NCBI GenBank assembly: GCA_965216635.1
Contig: OZ244188.1
Coordinates: 416,001-480,000, forward strand
Direction: 5' to 3'
From: a bacterium
GTDB lineage: Bacteria > SAR324 > XYD2-FULL-50-16 > G965216635
Length of the DNA stretch: 64,000 nucleotides
The notes below the pieces were generated by a model, which was not told the DNA's origin, did not search any database, and saw only the letters and a list, made by a program, of their open reading frames with translations. Positions within the stretch are counted from its first letter, which is position 1; every line of letters begins with the position of its first letter. Positions 19,907 to 29,820 of this stretch are shown in pieces. Made by a program: the position numbers and the translations under genes.

Positions 19907-21574
19907 CTACCTTAATTTCCTAGCCAAAGGCATCCTCCAACCAGCACCCCCAAAAGCCTTTTCGCTCACCCTCAAAATAGGAGCAGCCTGCTTTCTTTTA
20001 AACTCTGCTAGTTGAAACATCCGCAAAGATTTTCGCACTAACTCCTTAGAAAATTCTTTTTCTAATTTTTTGTTTCTCTCCCCCCCAATAACTACCCTTT
20101 CCAAAACCTCGTCTAGTTCTTTATAAGGAGGCAGTTTATCTTGATCTGTCTGATTAGGCTTTAATTCAGCCGAAGGCTCTTTATTTAAAATGCTAGCAGA
20201 AAAAATTTCCCTAGTTTTGTTAATTTCTTTACAAATTGCATAAATCTCCATTTTTTTTAAATCCCCTAAAGGATTCAAGGCACCACACATATCCCCGTAA
20301 AGAGTGCAGTAGCCACTAAAAGTTTCTGATTTATTTCCGGTTGTTAGCAAAAGTTGATTGTTTTTGTTTGCTACAGCCATCAAAAGGCTTCCCCTAATTC
20401 TCGTTTGGATATTTTCCTCTGTCTCGTCTTTCTGTGTAGTTTTACCAAAAACACCATCCAGAGCCTCATCGTAAGAGTGCATAATTTTTTCAATTTTTAT
20501 TGCGTGAGTTTTTATTCCCAATTTTTCTGTCAGTTCTAAAGCATCTTTCACGCTATGTTCGCTACTGTAAGGAGAAGGCAACAAAATTGCTAAAACATTA
20601 TTCTTACCAAAAGCCTCCACTGCTAAAAACAAAGTCAGAGCAGAATCTATTCCACCCGATAAACCAAGCACTGCCTTTTGAAAACCAGTTTTATGAAAAT
20701 AATCCTTCAATCCTAAAATTAAAGCATCGCACAATTCTAGTTCTATAGGTTTAGAAGGAAGTTGGTTTTTAGGGGATTGCTCCGCAGAAAAAAGAAGACT
20801 TTCGTTTTGAAAAGAAGCCAAGCTAATTGTATAATCTACTTTGGGAATTTTTTTGGATGCCATTTTTTCAGACGCGACTACAAAACTACTGCCGTCAAAA
20901 ATAAGACTGTCCTGCCCCCCGACCTGATTGACAAAAACAACAGGACAGCCAAATTCTTGGGAGATTTTTTTTAAAAAATGTTGTCTGTGTTTTATTTTTC
21001 CTTTGGAGTAAGGAGAGCAAGAAGGGTTAAGAATGAAATCTAGTTTGTGTTCTTTGAGATGCAGTAAGTGTTTTCCAGAGTAATTTTTCACTAAATTATA
21101 TTCTTTGGAATAACACAGATCCTCGCAAATACAAACTCCGATTTTTTTGCCCTGCCATTCAAAATACTCACAAAATTCTCCAGCCTCAAAATATCTCTTC
21201 TCATCAAAGACATCGTAATTCGGCAAAAGGCATTTATAAAAATATTTTTTGACCTTTCCGTCTTGACACAAAGCTACCGCATTATAAAGTCCTTGTGTTA
21301 TTTTCGCCTTAGCTTGTTTTTTTTTGACAGCCAAACCTACCAGAAAACAATAGTCTTTTAACCTCTGACAAAGCCTTTCCAAAACAAGTTGGCTTTCTTC
21401 AATATACTCCTCTAATAAAAGCAAATCTTGAGGAGGATAACCCCAAAGAGACATTTCAGGTGTTACAAAAAAATCCGCACCAGCGCCTATCTTTAAGATC
21501 TGCGATTCTATCTTTTTTGCATTACCTTCAAAATCTGCAACCAAAAAATTTTCTTGGATAATCCCAATTTTCAT
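19907..21574 (-). CDS. nadE: Glutamine-dependent NAD+ synthetase
   Basis: Nitrilase-like domain (ICED) plus GLSGGIDS, TGNKSE, PSAEL motifs. Confidence 0.95.
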   Translation of the reverse strand: MKIGIIQENFLVADFEGNAKKIESQILKIGAGADFFVTPEMSLWGYPPQDLLLLEEYIEESQLVLERLCQRLKDYCFLVGLAVKKKQAKAKITQGLYNAVALCQDGKVKKYFYKCLLPNYDVFDEKRYFEAGEFCEYFEWQGKKIGVCICEDLCYSKEYNLVKNYSGKHLLHLKEHKLDFILNPSCSPYSKGKIKHRQHFLKKISQEFGCPVVFVNQVGGQDSLIFDGSSFVVASEKMASKKIPKVDYTISLASFQNESLLFSAEQSPKNQLPSKPIELELCDALILGLKDYFHKTGFQKAVLGLSGGIDSALTLFLAVEAFGKNNVLAILLPSPYSSEHSVKDALELTEKLGIKTHAIKIEKIMHSYDEALDGVFGKTTQKDETEENIQTRIRGSLLMAVANKNNQLLLTTGNKSETFSGYCTLYGDMCGALNPLGDLKKMEIYAICKEINKTREIFSASILNKEPSAELKPNQTDQDKLPPYKELDEVLERVVIGGERNKKLEKEFSKELVRKSLRMFQLAEFKRKQAAPILRVSEKAFGGAGWRMPLARKLR

Positions 21575-21581
21575 TTGTGCT

Positions 21582-22211
21582 TTACTTCTGCAGTAAAGAA
21601 TCTATTACTTTGGCGATGTTGCGGATGTCTGCTCCTTCTACTAGAATGGAGTTTTCCACTATAAAACTAGGAGTGGAGCGAATGCCTATTTTATTGATAT
21701 AGAGCCTTGAAAAGCGGATTTCTTCTAAAATAAGCGAGTCGTTTTTCATTTTTTCAAAATCTTCCTTCAATCCTAATTCCTGCGCCAAAGCCAAAATTAC
21801 ACTGTTATTGTTGAGATTTCTAATTCCAGAATCGTGGAAAGCCCTAAAAATCAGGCTTTTGGTTTGTTTGCCTTTGTTTTTTTTGACTGCAATAAAATAT
21901 AGCCTGCTAGCATTGATACCCACTGCTCCTGTAGGGTAATGCGTCCAGTTAACCTTATTGCCGTATTTTTTGACAAGAGTGGGCAGATTCTTATTAAAAT
22001 TGTAGCAATGAGGACAAGCAAAACTAAGCACTTCTATAATTTTTACTTTTTTTAGACTATGTGCTTTGGGCGGAGTCTTTCCAGCGAGAATTGTATAGTT
22101 TCCTTGAATCGCGCCTGTCTGAATTTCTTGGGCTTGAATAGTGCGAACCAGAATTTCTTGCGTTCCCGCGAAAGCAAGAAACAAAACAAATGAATTAATT
22201 ATTTTTTTCAT
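21582..22211 (-). CDS. DsbA-family thiol:disulfide oxidoreductase
   Basis: Signal peptide, CPHC active site, STP cis-Pro loop. Confidence 0.85.
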   Translation of the reverse strand: MKKIINSFVLFLAFAGTQEILVRTIQAQEIQTGAIQGNYTILAGKTPPKAHSLKKVKIIEVLSFACPHCYNFNKNLPTLVKKYGNKVNWTHYPTGAVGINASRLYFIAVKKNKGKQTKSLIFRAFHDSGIRNLNNNSVILALAQELGLKEDFEKMKNDSLILEEIRFSRLYINKIGIRSTPSFIVENSILVEGADIRNIAKVIDSLLQK

Positions 22212-22288
22212 AATAAATTTTTAAATAAAGTTATTAAAGTTAATCAAATACTAGCATAGTTTTTAAAGTTTTTAAAATATTTTTTTTT

Positions 22289-23416
22289 TTAGACGATTAC
22301 AACTTCCATTCTTTTACTCCAAGAAGTCAACTGGTCGTAACAAAGACTCGCCATCCAGCTACCTAGCTCGTGCACAGTGATAGATTTTTCTCCCTGCTCC
22401 CCTATTATTACTACTTCGTCTCCCACCTCTACTTTTTCAATAGCGTCAATAGCCACCACAATAGCGTCCATAGAAACACCGCCAAGAATAGGAGCAAATT
22501 CACCCGAAATAAGAACTTTTCCTTTATTGCGAATGCGCGGAAAACCATCTCCGTAGCCCATAGGAAGCACTGCTATCCGTTTGTCTTGAGTAGCCGTAAA
22601 GTGCATTCCATAGCCGACACTTTCGCCTTTTTTTAAAATTTTCACAGCAGAAACTCTAGTTTTCACCGACATTATAGGTTTTAAGCCTTCTCCAGCGATT
22701 TTAATTCTTCTGCAAGAATCCGAAGGATAAATTCCCGTATTTAAAATTCCTATTCTGACAGCGGTGTGATGAAACTGCGGTAAATCCAAGTATCCACCAG
22801 TGTTGCAAACGTGGATATATTTAGGAGAAATATTCTTTGTTGTCAAGTCGTCTAGTACTTTTTGGAATTTTTGGTGTTGTAAATTGGCATAGCTTTTATC
22901 TGGCTCATCAGATTGAGCAAAATGGCTCATTATTCCTTCCAATTCTAAATGGGGAATTTTGGAAATTTCCAAATAAAGAGCTGCCGCTTCTTTCCAAGCG
23001 ACGCCGTACCTTCCCAAACCTGTATCCACTTTGAGATGAATTTTGGTTGTTTTTTTTTGCTTTGCTGAAAGTTCAGAGATTTTTTTTGCTCTTTCTAAAG
23101 ATTGAATCTGCAGCGTCCAGTTATGCTCCACACAGGTTTCCAATTCATCCTCAAATCTATCGTAAAGTAAAAATATTGGTTTGCTGATTTCGGAATGGTT
23201 TATTTGTTTCTCTAAATCCAATGCCTCAAAAAGACAAGAAACAGCAAGGTAAGTCGCCCCTATTTTTAGTGCTTCTTCAGCGACGAGTTTTGCGTCGTGT
23301 CCAAAAGCATTGTCTTTGATAACACAAAAATAATGCAAACCTTTCGGCATATCTTTTTTAAGCAGAATAAGATTTTTTTGCAGTTGTATTTTAGAAATTT
23401 CTAACCAAGCTCTCAT
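22289..23416 (-). CDS. alr: Alanine racemase
   Basis: VIKDNAFGH, HLKVDTG, GYGDG motifs. Confidence 0.9.
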   Translation of the reverse strand: MRAWLEISKIQLQKNLILLKKDMPKGLHYFCVIKDNAFGHDAKLVAEEALKIGATYLAVSCLFEALDLEKQINHSEISKPIFLLYDRFEDELETCVEHNWTLQIQSLERAKKISELSAKQKKTTKIHLKVDTGLGRYGVAWKEAAALYLEISKIPHLELEGIMSHFAQSDEPDKSYANLQHQKFQKVLDDLTTKNISPKYIHVCNTGGYLDLPQFHHTAVRIGILNTGIYPSDSCRRIKIAGEGLKPIMSVKTRVSAVKILKKGESVGYGMHFTATQDKRIAVLPMGYGDGFPRIRNKGKVLISGEFAPILGGVSMDAIVVAIDAIEKVEVGDEVVIIGEQGEKSITVHELGSWMASLCYDQLTSWSKRMEVVIV

Positions 23417-23450
23417 AATTTTTTTGCATAAATTTTAATTTTAGAATATA

Positions 23451-24518
23451 GTGTTTTTAAAAACTAATCAATACCCAATGAAACAACAAATTTATCCCGT
23501 TTTTGATTTACATTGCGATCTTTTAGCCTATCTTGGAGCGAGCGAAAAATACACATCGCTAGACGAAGACGCACTTTGTTCTTTACCGCAACTCAAAGCT
23601 GGAGCTATTCAAATGCAAGTGATGGCTTTTTTTGAAGGCTCTGCAACCAATTCTTTACAAAGTTATCAAAAACAAAAAACAGCTTTTTTCTCTTTAAACA
23701 AGGATAAAAATGTAACCCTCCTAAAGGACTTTTCTTATCCCGAATGGGTGAAATCCGTGCTGGACGCTACTGCAAATCAACCAGAGCAGATTTTAGCAAT
23801 TCCAGCGATAGAAAATATCAACCTAGTTTGCTTAAACGGAGAAAAAATAGAAACAAGTCTACAAAGACTAGATGAATTTAGCGAGCAGGTAGGCAAACCT
23901 TTTTATATTATTATGACTTGGTCGGGAGAAAACGATTTCGGCGGAGCTTTTGATACAAAAATAGGCTTGAAAGAAAAAGGAAAGTATTTACTGAATTATT
24001 GTATAGAAAAAAATGTTGCAATAGATTTTTCCCACGCTTCTGATTTTTTGATTGAAGACACATTCAACTTTTTAGAAAAAGAAAATCCAGCACAAGCTAT
24101 TCTAGCCAGCCATTCTAACTTCCGCACTTTAACCAACCGACCCAGAAACCTTGCGGAAGAATTTGTTTTAGAAATAGTAAAAAGAAATGGGATTATTGGA
24201 ATCAATGCGATGTGCGATTTTATAGGAGGGATAAAAATAGACAACCTCGTGCGGCATTTAGAATACGGATTGAAGAACTACCCCGAGAACATTGCTTTAG
24301 GGTTAGATTTTTTTTCAGAAAAAATTCTGCCACCTGATTTTAAGCCGCAGCTAGATTTTGATTCTATCTTTCCAAAAGGCTTATCTCATTCGGGAGAAAC
24401 ACAAAATATTTTTCCTGCTCTTCAAAAAAAAGGCTATCAAGACGAACAACTAAAAGCCCTATCCAAAGATAACGCCCTCCGATTTTTCCAGAGGATCTAC
24501 GAAAGCGATAAAGCTTAA
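23451..24518 (+). CDS. Membrane dipeptidase (M19) family protein
   Basis: DLHCD, IDFSH, ASHSN...RNL, GLDF motifs; alternative start at 23478. Confidence 0.85.
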   Translation: MFLKTNQYPMKQQIYPVFDLHCDLLAYLGASEKYTSLDEDALCSLPQLKAGAIQMQVMAFFEGSATNSLQSYQKQKTAFFSLNKDKNVTLLKDFSYPEWVKSVLDATANQPEQILAIPAIENINLVCLNGEKIETSLQRLDEFSEQVGKPFYIIMTWSGENDFGGAFDTKIGLKEKGKYLLNYCIEKNVAIDFSHASDFLIEDTFNFLEKENPAQAILASHSNFRTLTNRPRNLAEEFVLEIVKRNGIIGINAMCDFIGGIKIDNLVRHLEYGLKNYPENIALGLDFFSEKILPPDFKPQLDFDSIFPKGLSHSGETQNIFPALQKKGYQDEQLKALSKDNALRFFQRIYESDKA

Positions 24519-24874
24519 AATTTTTCACTAGTTTTAAAATAATTCAGTATCGGTTTTCCTATAACTCCTCCTGCAATAAACGAAAGAACTTTAAGTATAA
24601 TTTCCCCTATTTCACTTTTTGCTGTTTTAGCTGATTCTAAATCTGCAGGATTGACGTATTTTAGTAAAGGAGGATATGCAGTTAAAACAAGGTAATAAGT
24701 AACGCAGAGACCAAATAAAAAAATAAATATTATTATAAGACAGTTTAAAGCTGTAGAAAGTTGCCTTTTATGCTTGTAAGTGGTTTCTTCTAGTTTGATT
24801 TTTTCTATAAGGGTAGAATCTCCGCTTCCTTTTTCCTTTTTTTTACCATCTTCTATTTTCTGTTCTAAATTCAT
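24515..24874 (-). CDS. Small two-TM membrane protein, candidate toxin partner of the Panacea protein
   Basis: Two hydrophobic segments; starts 5 bp downstream of the DUF4065 gene. Confidence 0.6.
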   Translation of the reverse strand: MNLEQKIEDGKKKEKGSGDSTLIEKIKLEETTYKHKRQLSTALNCLIIIFIFLFGLCVTYYLVLTAYPPLLKYVNPADLESAKTAKSEIGEIILKVLSFIAGGVIGKPILNYFKTSEKF

Positions 24875-24879
24875 AAAAT

Positions 24880-25359
24880 CTAATTGAGTAATTTAGCGTA
24901 GTATTTTTTTATATCTTTTTTAGGGATTGTTTTATTATAAAAACCTTCTTTATAGTTATTATGCCAAGGAGTATTTTCATTATGGGTCCTGCCTATTAAT
25001 TCTGCAATGGGAAGACTACCATAATTACTTTTTACGGCTTCTAAAACTTCGTGGGTTTTTTTATCATCTTCAGCTATAGAAAAATATATTTTTTTTTCCT
25101 GCATTGGATCATAAAAATAAGAACGGCTTTTTATAACACCGTAACCGTAGTGTTTAAATTCGTGATAAATAGAAGGAATAACGGGACCTAACCGCCAAGC
25201 CTGTATAGGTTCTTTAAATAATTCTAATTCTTCATCAAAACAAACAAGGGCAAAACCATAGGAAATATAAATAAGTTTGTTTAACCTTAAATTATCTACG
25301 CTTTTGAGATTATCAATAAAATAATTTGCGAGACAAGAGGGAGTGTAATAATCTTTCAC
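24880..25359 (-). CDS. Panacea/SocA (DUF4065) antitoxin-like protein
   Basis: LRLNKLIY, IQAWRLGPV, THNENTPW motifs. Confidence 0.85.
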   Translation of the reverse strand: MKDYYTPSCLANYFIDNLKSVDNLRLNKLIYISYGFALVCFDEELELFKEPIQAWRLGPVIPSIYHEFKHYGYGVIKSRSYFYDPMQEKKIYFSIAEDDKKTHEVLEAVKSNYGSLPIAELIGRTHNENTPWHNNYKEGFYNKTIPKKDIKKYYAKLLN

Positions 25360-25616
25360 GATGATTTTAATTCAATTAATTTATATCTGATATTTTATAA
25401 AAATCTATTTTTTTGTCAAGCATATTTTATAGATTTTTGGTAATAGGGGAAAAATATGCTTTTTGTTTAGGAAAAACAAGCTTTTCTACCAATACTGGCT
25501 GTGTCTACGGGTTTTAGCAAAAGCTCCATTGGGGTTTTTGCGGTCTATATAAGTATTGTTTTATCAATGTGGGGGGGAGAGCACAGAGCCCAAATGTCAG
25601 AGGGGTGGTTTTGTTT

Positions 25617-26891
25617 CTACTTGAAGAGATAGACAAAGCGGATAAAAAGGGAGGCTGGTGCTTCTACTTCTATCGTTGTTTTTGTAGGCACAGGTGGCGT
25701 GTTGTAGGTTTCTATGTTCGTCGTTTGCACTTCACCATAGGTGGGAGTTACTGTTCCTTTTACTAGTATTCTTCTATCAACTTTTCTTTCTAGTGATACT
25801 CTGCCCTCCCTTAAATCATTAAAAAGAACGCTTCTAGTTTCTCCTGGATAGCCCGACACAGCACCTCCAACCAATACAGATGAGGGAATAGGACTCGGTA
25901 GCGGCTCTGCTACTGAGCTTGTTGTTGGCACTGGTGCTGCATAGGTCTGTTTTACAGAGAGCTTTGCCCCCACCCACAGTAGTCCCGCTTCTATGGAAAA
26001 GTTTTTGCTAAAATTTCGCTTATAGCCAAGATGAACGGCGGGGGCTATTTTTGAATCCGAGCCTAGCACAGTTTCTAGCTTGGCTTGGGCTAAACCAGCT
26101 CCTGCATAGAGCCCGTAGGGCAGGTGCCAATCTACTAATACAATTTGACTATTCAGCTTGTTATCTCCCGCACTCCATTGGTGTAGGCTAAAAGAAACAC
26201 GAAACTTTTCAAAGTCGTAGCCTAGTTGCAATCCGTTACCTGCTAAACTGGTATTTTCGCTGCTAACAGAAGGAGGCGATAGAAAAGAATCTACAGATGT
26301 TCCTGTTAAAAATTCACTAAAAGAGGTTAGATCTAGTCCTTGGAAGTGGTTGAAACAGGCAGCTACTACATCTGTAGTTGTGGAAGAGGCTGGATTAGAA
26401 TTTGCGTCAAAGTGAGTGGCAGTATAGGTTTCAGAATTTATGCTTCTATAGCGACCATCTTTACAAATATTCTCTACAATACCTATTGCAGTAGCATCTA
26501 AACCCACACTAGGTGTAACTGCCTCACCATTACCCTTCAAGCCTTCCACTCTATCGGTGGTGCTTGCAGTGAATTCTATGTCTGAGGTAACGAATGTTCT
26601 GGTGAGTGTTGTTACTACTTCTGTAAGGGTAGTGTTTTCTGTAGTGGTTTTTATTTTAGCACCTAGATAAAAGGGACTCACCCCGATAGACCAACCTTGC
26701 TGTCTTGCTTCTTGGGCTTGCAGATTATTTACTCCCGCAAAAAGTAAAAGCAAGCACGAAAGCGAAGCTAAAATTGCCAGGGTTATTTTGCTTGATTTCA
26801 CAATTTCTTTTGTTTGCATAGTTTCTTTTGTTTGCATAATTTTTTGAGATTCCATAATTTTTTGAGGTTCCATAGTCTTTTGAGGTTCCAT
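25617..26891 (-). CDS. Beta-barrel outer-membrane protein with large variable insertions (paralog 1)
   Basis: Signal peptide, amphipathic strands, terminal FVYLFK; tandem paralog. Confidence 0.75.
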   Translation of the reverse strand: MEPQKTMEPQKIMESQKIMQTKETMQTKEIVKSSKITLAILASLSCLLLLFAGVNNLQAQEARQQGWSIGVSPFYLGAKIKTTTENTTLTEVVTTLTRTFVTSDIEFTASTTDRVEGLKGNGEAVTPSVGLDATAIGIVENICKDGRYRSINSETYTATHFDANSNPASSTTTDVVAACFNHFQGLDLTSFSEFLTGTSVDSFLSPPSVSSENTSLAGNGLQLGYDFEKFRVSFSLHQWSAGDNKLNSQIVLVDWHLPYGLYAGAGLAQAKLETVLGSDSKIAPAVHLGYKRNFSKNFSIEAGLLWVGAKLSVKQTYAAPVPTTSSVAEPLPSPIPSSVLVGGAVSGYPGETRSVLFNDLREGRVSLERKVDRRILVKGTVTPTYGEVQTTNIETYNTPPVPTKTTIEVEAPASLFIRFVYLFK

Positions 26892-26904
26892 AGTCTTTTT
26901 ATTT

Positions 26905-28167
26905 CTACTTGAAGAGATAGACGAAGCGGATAAAAAGGGAGGCTGGTGCTTCTACTTCTATCGTTGTTTTTGTAGGCACAGTTCTGGTTGTAGTTTTCGA
27001 TTGTCCTCCAGTGTAAATTGGAGTTACTATTCTTTCTACTAGTATTCTTTTATCCTCTTTAGCAATAATATTTCTGTTATAAATATTTTCTCTATTATCT
27101 GAAAAATAAATTGAATCATTGTTTATTTGACCAGTTAAATCACCACCTACCAATACACGGGGGGAGGTGATCGGGCTTGGCGTTGCCGGTAGTGCTACTG
27201 AGGTTCTTGTTGCTACTGGTGCTGCAGCGCTCTGTTTTATAGAGAGCTTTGCCCCCACCCACAGCAGTCCCGCTTCTATGGAAAAGTTTTTGCTAAAATT
27301 TCGCTTATAGCCAAGATGAACGGCGGGGGCTATTTTTGAATCCGAGCCTATAGATGTTTCTAGCTTGGCTTGGGCTAAACCAGCTCCTGCATAGAGCCCG
27401 TAGGGCAGGTGCCAATCTACTAGTACAATTTGACTATCCAGCTTGTTATCTCCCGCACTCCATTGGTGTAGGCTCAAAGAAAGGCGAAACTTTTCAAAGT
27501 CGTAGCCTAGTTGCAATCCGTTACCGCTTAAACTGGTATTTTCGCTGCTAACAGAAGGCGGCGATAGAAAAGAATTTACATTTGTTCCTGTTAAATCACT
27601 AAAAGAATTTGCAAGTCCTTGGAAGTGCTTGAAACAGGCATCTGCCTTTGTATTTGTTTCAGCGGTTGCATCAGCATTAGAATTTGCGTCAAACTGACGA
27701 GCATTATAGTATCCAGCACCATCATAGGTGCCATCTTTACAAATATCCACTACAGCAGATATTGCTATTTCATTGTCAGCCAAAAGGGAAACAACACTAG
27801 CAGAAGTGTTTAAATATCTTTCTACTGCATCGGTGGTGCTCGCAGTGAATTCTATGTCTGCGGTAACGAATGTTCTGGTGCCAGTTGTTACTACTTCTGT
27901 AAGAGTGGTGTTTTCTGTAGTGCTTTTGATTTTAGCACCTAGATAAAAGGGACTAACCCCGATAGACCAACCTTGCTGTCTTGCTTCTTGGGCTTGCAGA
28001 TTATTTACTCCCGCAAAAAGTAAAAGCAAGCACGAAAGCGAAGCTAAAATTGCCAGGGTTATTTTGCTTGATTTCACAATTTCTTTCGTTTGCCTGATTT
28101 CTTTTGTTTCCATAGTTTCTTGTGATTTTATAGTTTTTTGAGATTCCATAGTCTTTTGAGGTTCCAT
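26905..28167 (-). CDS. Beta-barrel outer-membrane protein with large variable insertions (paralog 2)
   Basis: Conserved blocks near-identical to both neighbours. Confidence 0.75.
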   Translation of the reverse strand: MEPQKTMESQKTIKSQETMETKEIRQTKEIVKSSKITLAILASLSCLLLLFAGVNNLQAQEARQQGWSIGVSPFYLGAKIKSTTENTTLTEVVTTGTRTFVTADIEFTASTTDAVERYLNTSASVVSLLADNEIAISAVVDICKDGTYDGAGYYNARQFDANSNADATAETNTKADACFKHFQGLANSFSDLTGTNVNSFLSPPSVSSENTSLSGNGLQLGYDFEKFRLSLSLHQWSAGDNKLDSQIVLVDWHLPYGLYAGAGLAQAKLETSIGSDSKIAPAVHLGYKRNFSKNFSIEAGLLWVGAKLSIKQSAAAPVATRTSVALPATPSPITSPRVLVGGDLTGQINNDSIYFSDNRENIYNRNIIAKEDKRILVERIVTPIYTGGQSKTTTRTVPTKTTIEVEAPASLFIRFVYLFK

Positions 28168-28180
28168 AGTCTTTTTATTT

Positions 28181-29455
28181 CTACTTGAAGAGATAGACGA
28201 AGCGAATAAAAAGGGCAGCAGGTGCTTCTACTTCTATCGTTGTTTTTGTAGGCACAGGTGGCGTGTTGTAGGTTTCTATGTTCGTCGTTTGCACTTCACC
28301 ATAGGTGGGATTTACTGTTCCTTCTACTAGTATTCTTCTATCTTCCGCACTAAAGACGTTGTTTATGATATTATTTCTATTATCAGAAAAAAAAACCTGA
28401 ATGAGAGTGCTATGTGGATTATTTTCACTTCCTCCTACCAATACAGAGGAGGTAATAGGACTTGGCTCTGCCTGTAGTGCTAATGAGGTTCTTGTTGGCT
28501 CAGGTGCTGCAAGCACCTGTTTTACAGAGAGCTTTGCCCCCACCCACAGCAGTCCCGCTTCTATGGAAAAGTTTTTGCTAAAATTTCGCTTATAGCCAAG
28601 ATGAACGGCGGGGGCTATTTTTGAATCCGAGCCTCCGTTTGTTTCTAGCTTGGCTTGGGCTAAACCAGCTCCTGCATAGAGCCCGTAGGGCAGGTGCCAA
28701 TCTACTAGTACAATTTGACTATCCAGCTTGTTATCTCCCGCACTCCATTGGTGTAGGCTCAAAGAAAGACGAAATTTTTCAAAGTCGTAGCCTAGTTGCA
28801 ATCCGTTACCTGCTAAACTGGTATTTTCGTTGCTACTGGAAGGCGATAGAGCAGAATCTACAGATGTTCCTGTTAAATCACTAAAAGAATTTGCAAGCCT
28901 TTGGAAGTGCTTGAAACAGAGAGTTTCATCTGTCGTTGCTGTAGCGGGTGGAACAGCATTAGAATTTGCGTCAAACTGAAGAGCAAAATAGGTTCCAACA
29001 CCACTATAGCTACCATCTGTACAAACATTCACTACATTATTTATTACTAGTGTGTCATAAGTCGCACTGAAACCGATATGAGCAGAGGTTAATATAGCCT
29101 CTACACCTGGCGTTGCGTCCACCAAAGATACATTCTTGGGGATACTCGCACTGAAATCTATACTCGTAGAATCCAATGTTCTGGTGCCAGTTGTTACTAT
29201 TTCTGTAAGGGTGGTGTTTTCTGTCGTGGTTTTTATTTTAGCACCTAGGTAAAAGGGACTAACCCCGATAGACCAACCTTGCTGTCTTGCTTCTTGGGCT
29301 TGCAGATTATTTACTCCCGCAAAAAGTAAAAGCAAGCACGAAAGCGAAGCTAAAATTGCCAGGGTTATTTTGCTTGATTTCACGATTTCTTTTGTTTGCA
29401 TAATTTCTTTTGTTTGCACAATTTCTTGTGATTTTATAATTTTTTGAAATTCCAT
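28181..29455 (-). CDS. Beta-barrel outer-membrane protein with large variable insertions (paralog 3)
   Basis: Conserved blocks near-identical to both neighbours. Confidence 0.75.
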   Translation of the reverse strand: MEFQKIIKSQEIVQTKEIMQTKEIVKSSKITLAILASLSCLLLLFAGVNNLQAQEARQQGWSIGVSPFYLGAKIKTTTENTTLTEIVTTGTRTLDSTSIDFSASIPKNVSLVDATPGVEAILTSAHIGFSATYDTLVINNVVNVCTDGSYSGVGTYFALQFDANSNAVPPATATTDETLCFKHFQRLANSFSDLTGTSVDSALSPSSSNENTSLAGNGLQLGYDFEKFRLSLSLHQWSAGDNKLDSQIVLVDWHLPYGLYAGAGLAQAKLETNGGSDSKIAPAVHLGYKRNFSKNFSIEAGLLWVGAKLSVKQVLAAPEPTRTSLALQAEPSPITSSVLVGGSENNPHSTLIQVFFSDNRNNIINNVFSAEDRRILVEGTVNPTYGEVQTTNIETYNTPPVPTKTTIEVEAPAALFIRFVYLFK

Positions 29456-29477
29456 AGTCTTTTTGTGGTTAATTTTG

Positions 29478-29638
29478 GTTATTCGGTTTTATTTTTACAA
29501 AACTTTATAAAGAATAACTAAAAAAATAAAAATAATCAATCTTTTTTTTAGTTAATTTAGGTTATTCAGTTTTATTTTTATAAAACTTTATAAAGGGTAA
29601 CTAAAAAAATAAAAACAATCAATCTTTTTTTTTTAGTT
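29478..29638 (-). promoter_or_regulatory. Duplicated (about 80 bp x2) putative sigma70 promoter upstream of the OMP array
   Basis: Direct repeat 29478-29553/29560-29638; the minus strand of the first copy reads TTGATT-17 bp T-rich spacer-TATTCT. Confidence 0.45.
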
Positions 29639-29820
29639 TGCTTGTTTTTGCTTGTTTTTGGGGGGATTTTTTCTAAATTATTATAAAAATTCCCAATAAT
29701 AAATAAAGTGTGAATTATTTTTAGTTAAAAAGCAACCCCTACATTGAGACTTTTGCCAGTAGTGAAATTTAGCGTTCGTTTAGCCAAAACAAAGCGGAAT
29801 TGCTTTTACTCCAATATAAG

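Noticed and set aside
25617..29455. OMP array as the target of a diversity-generating retroelement using the nearby RT
   Set aside because: The RT has retron motifs and its own msr-msd; paralog differences include indels and are not adenine-specific; no TR/VR pair seen
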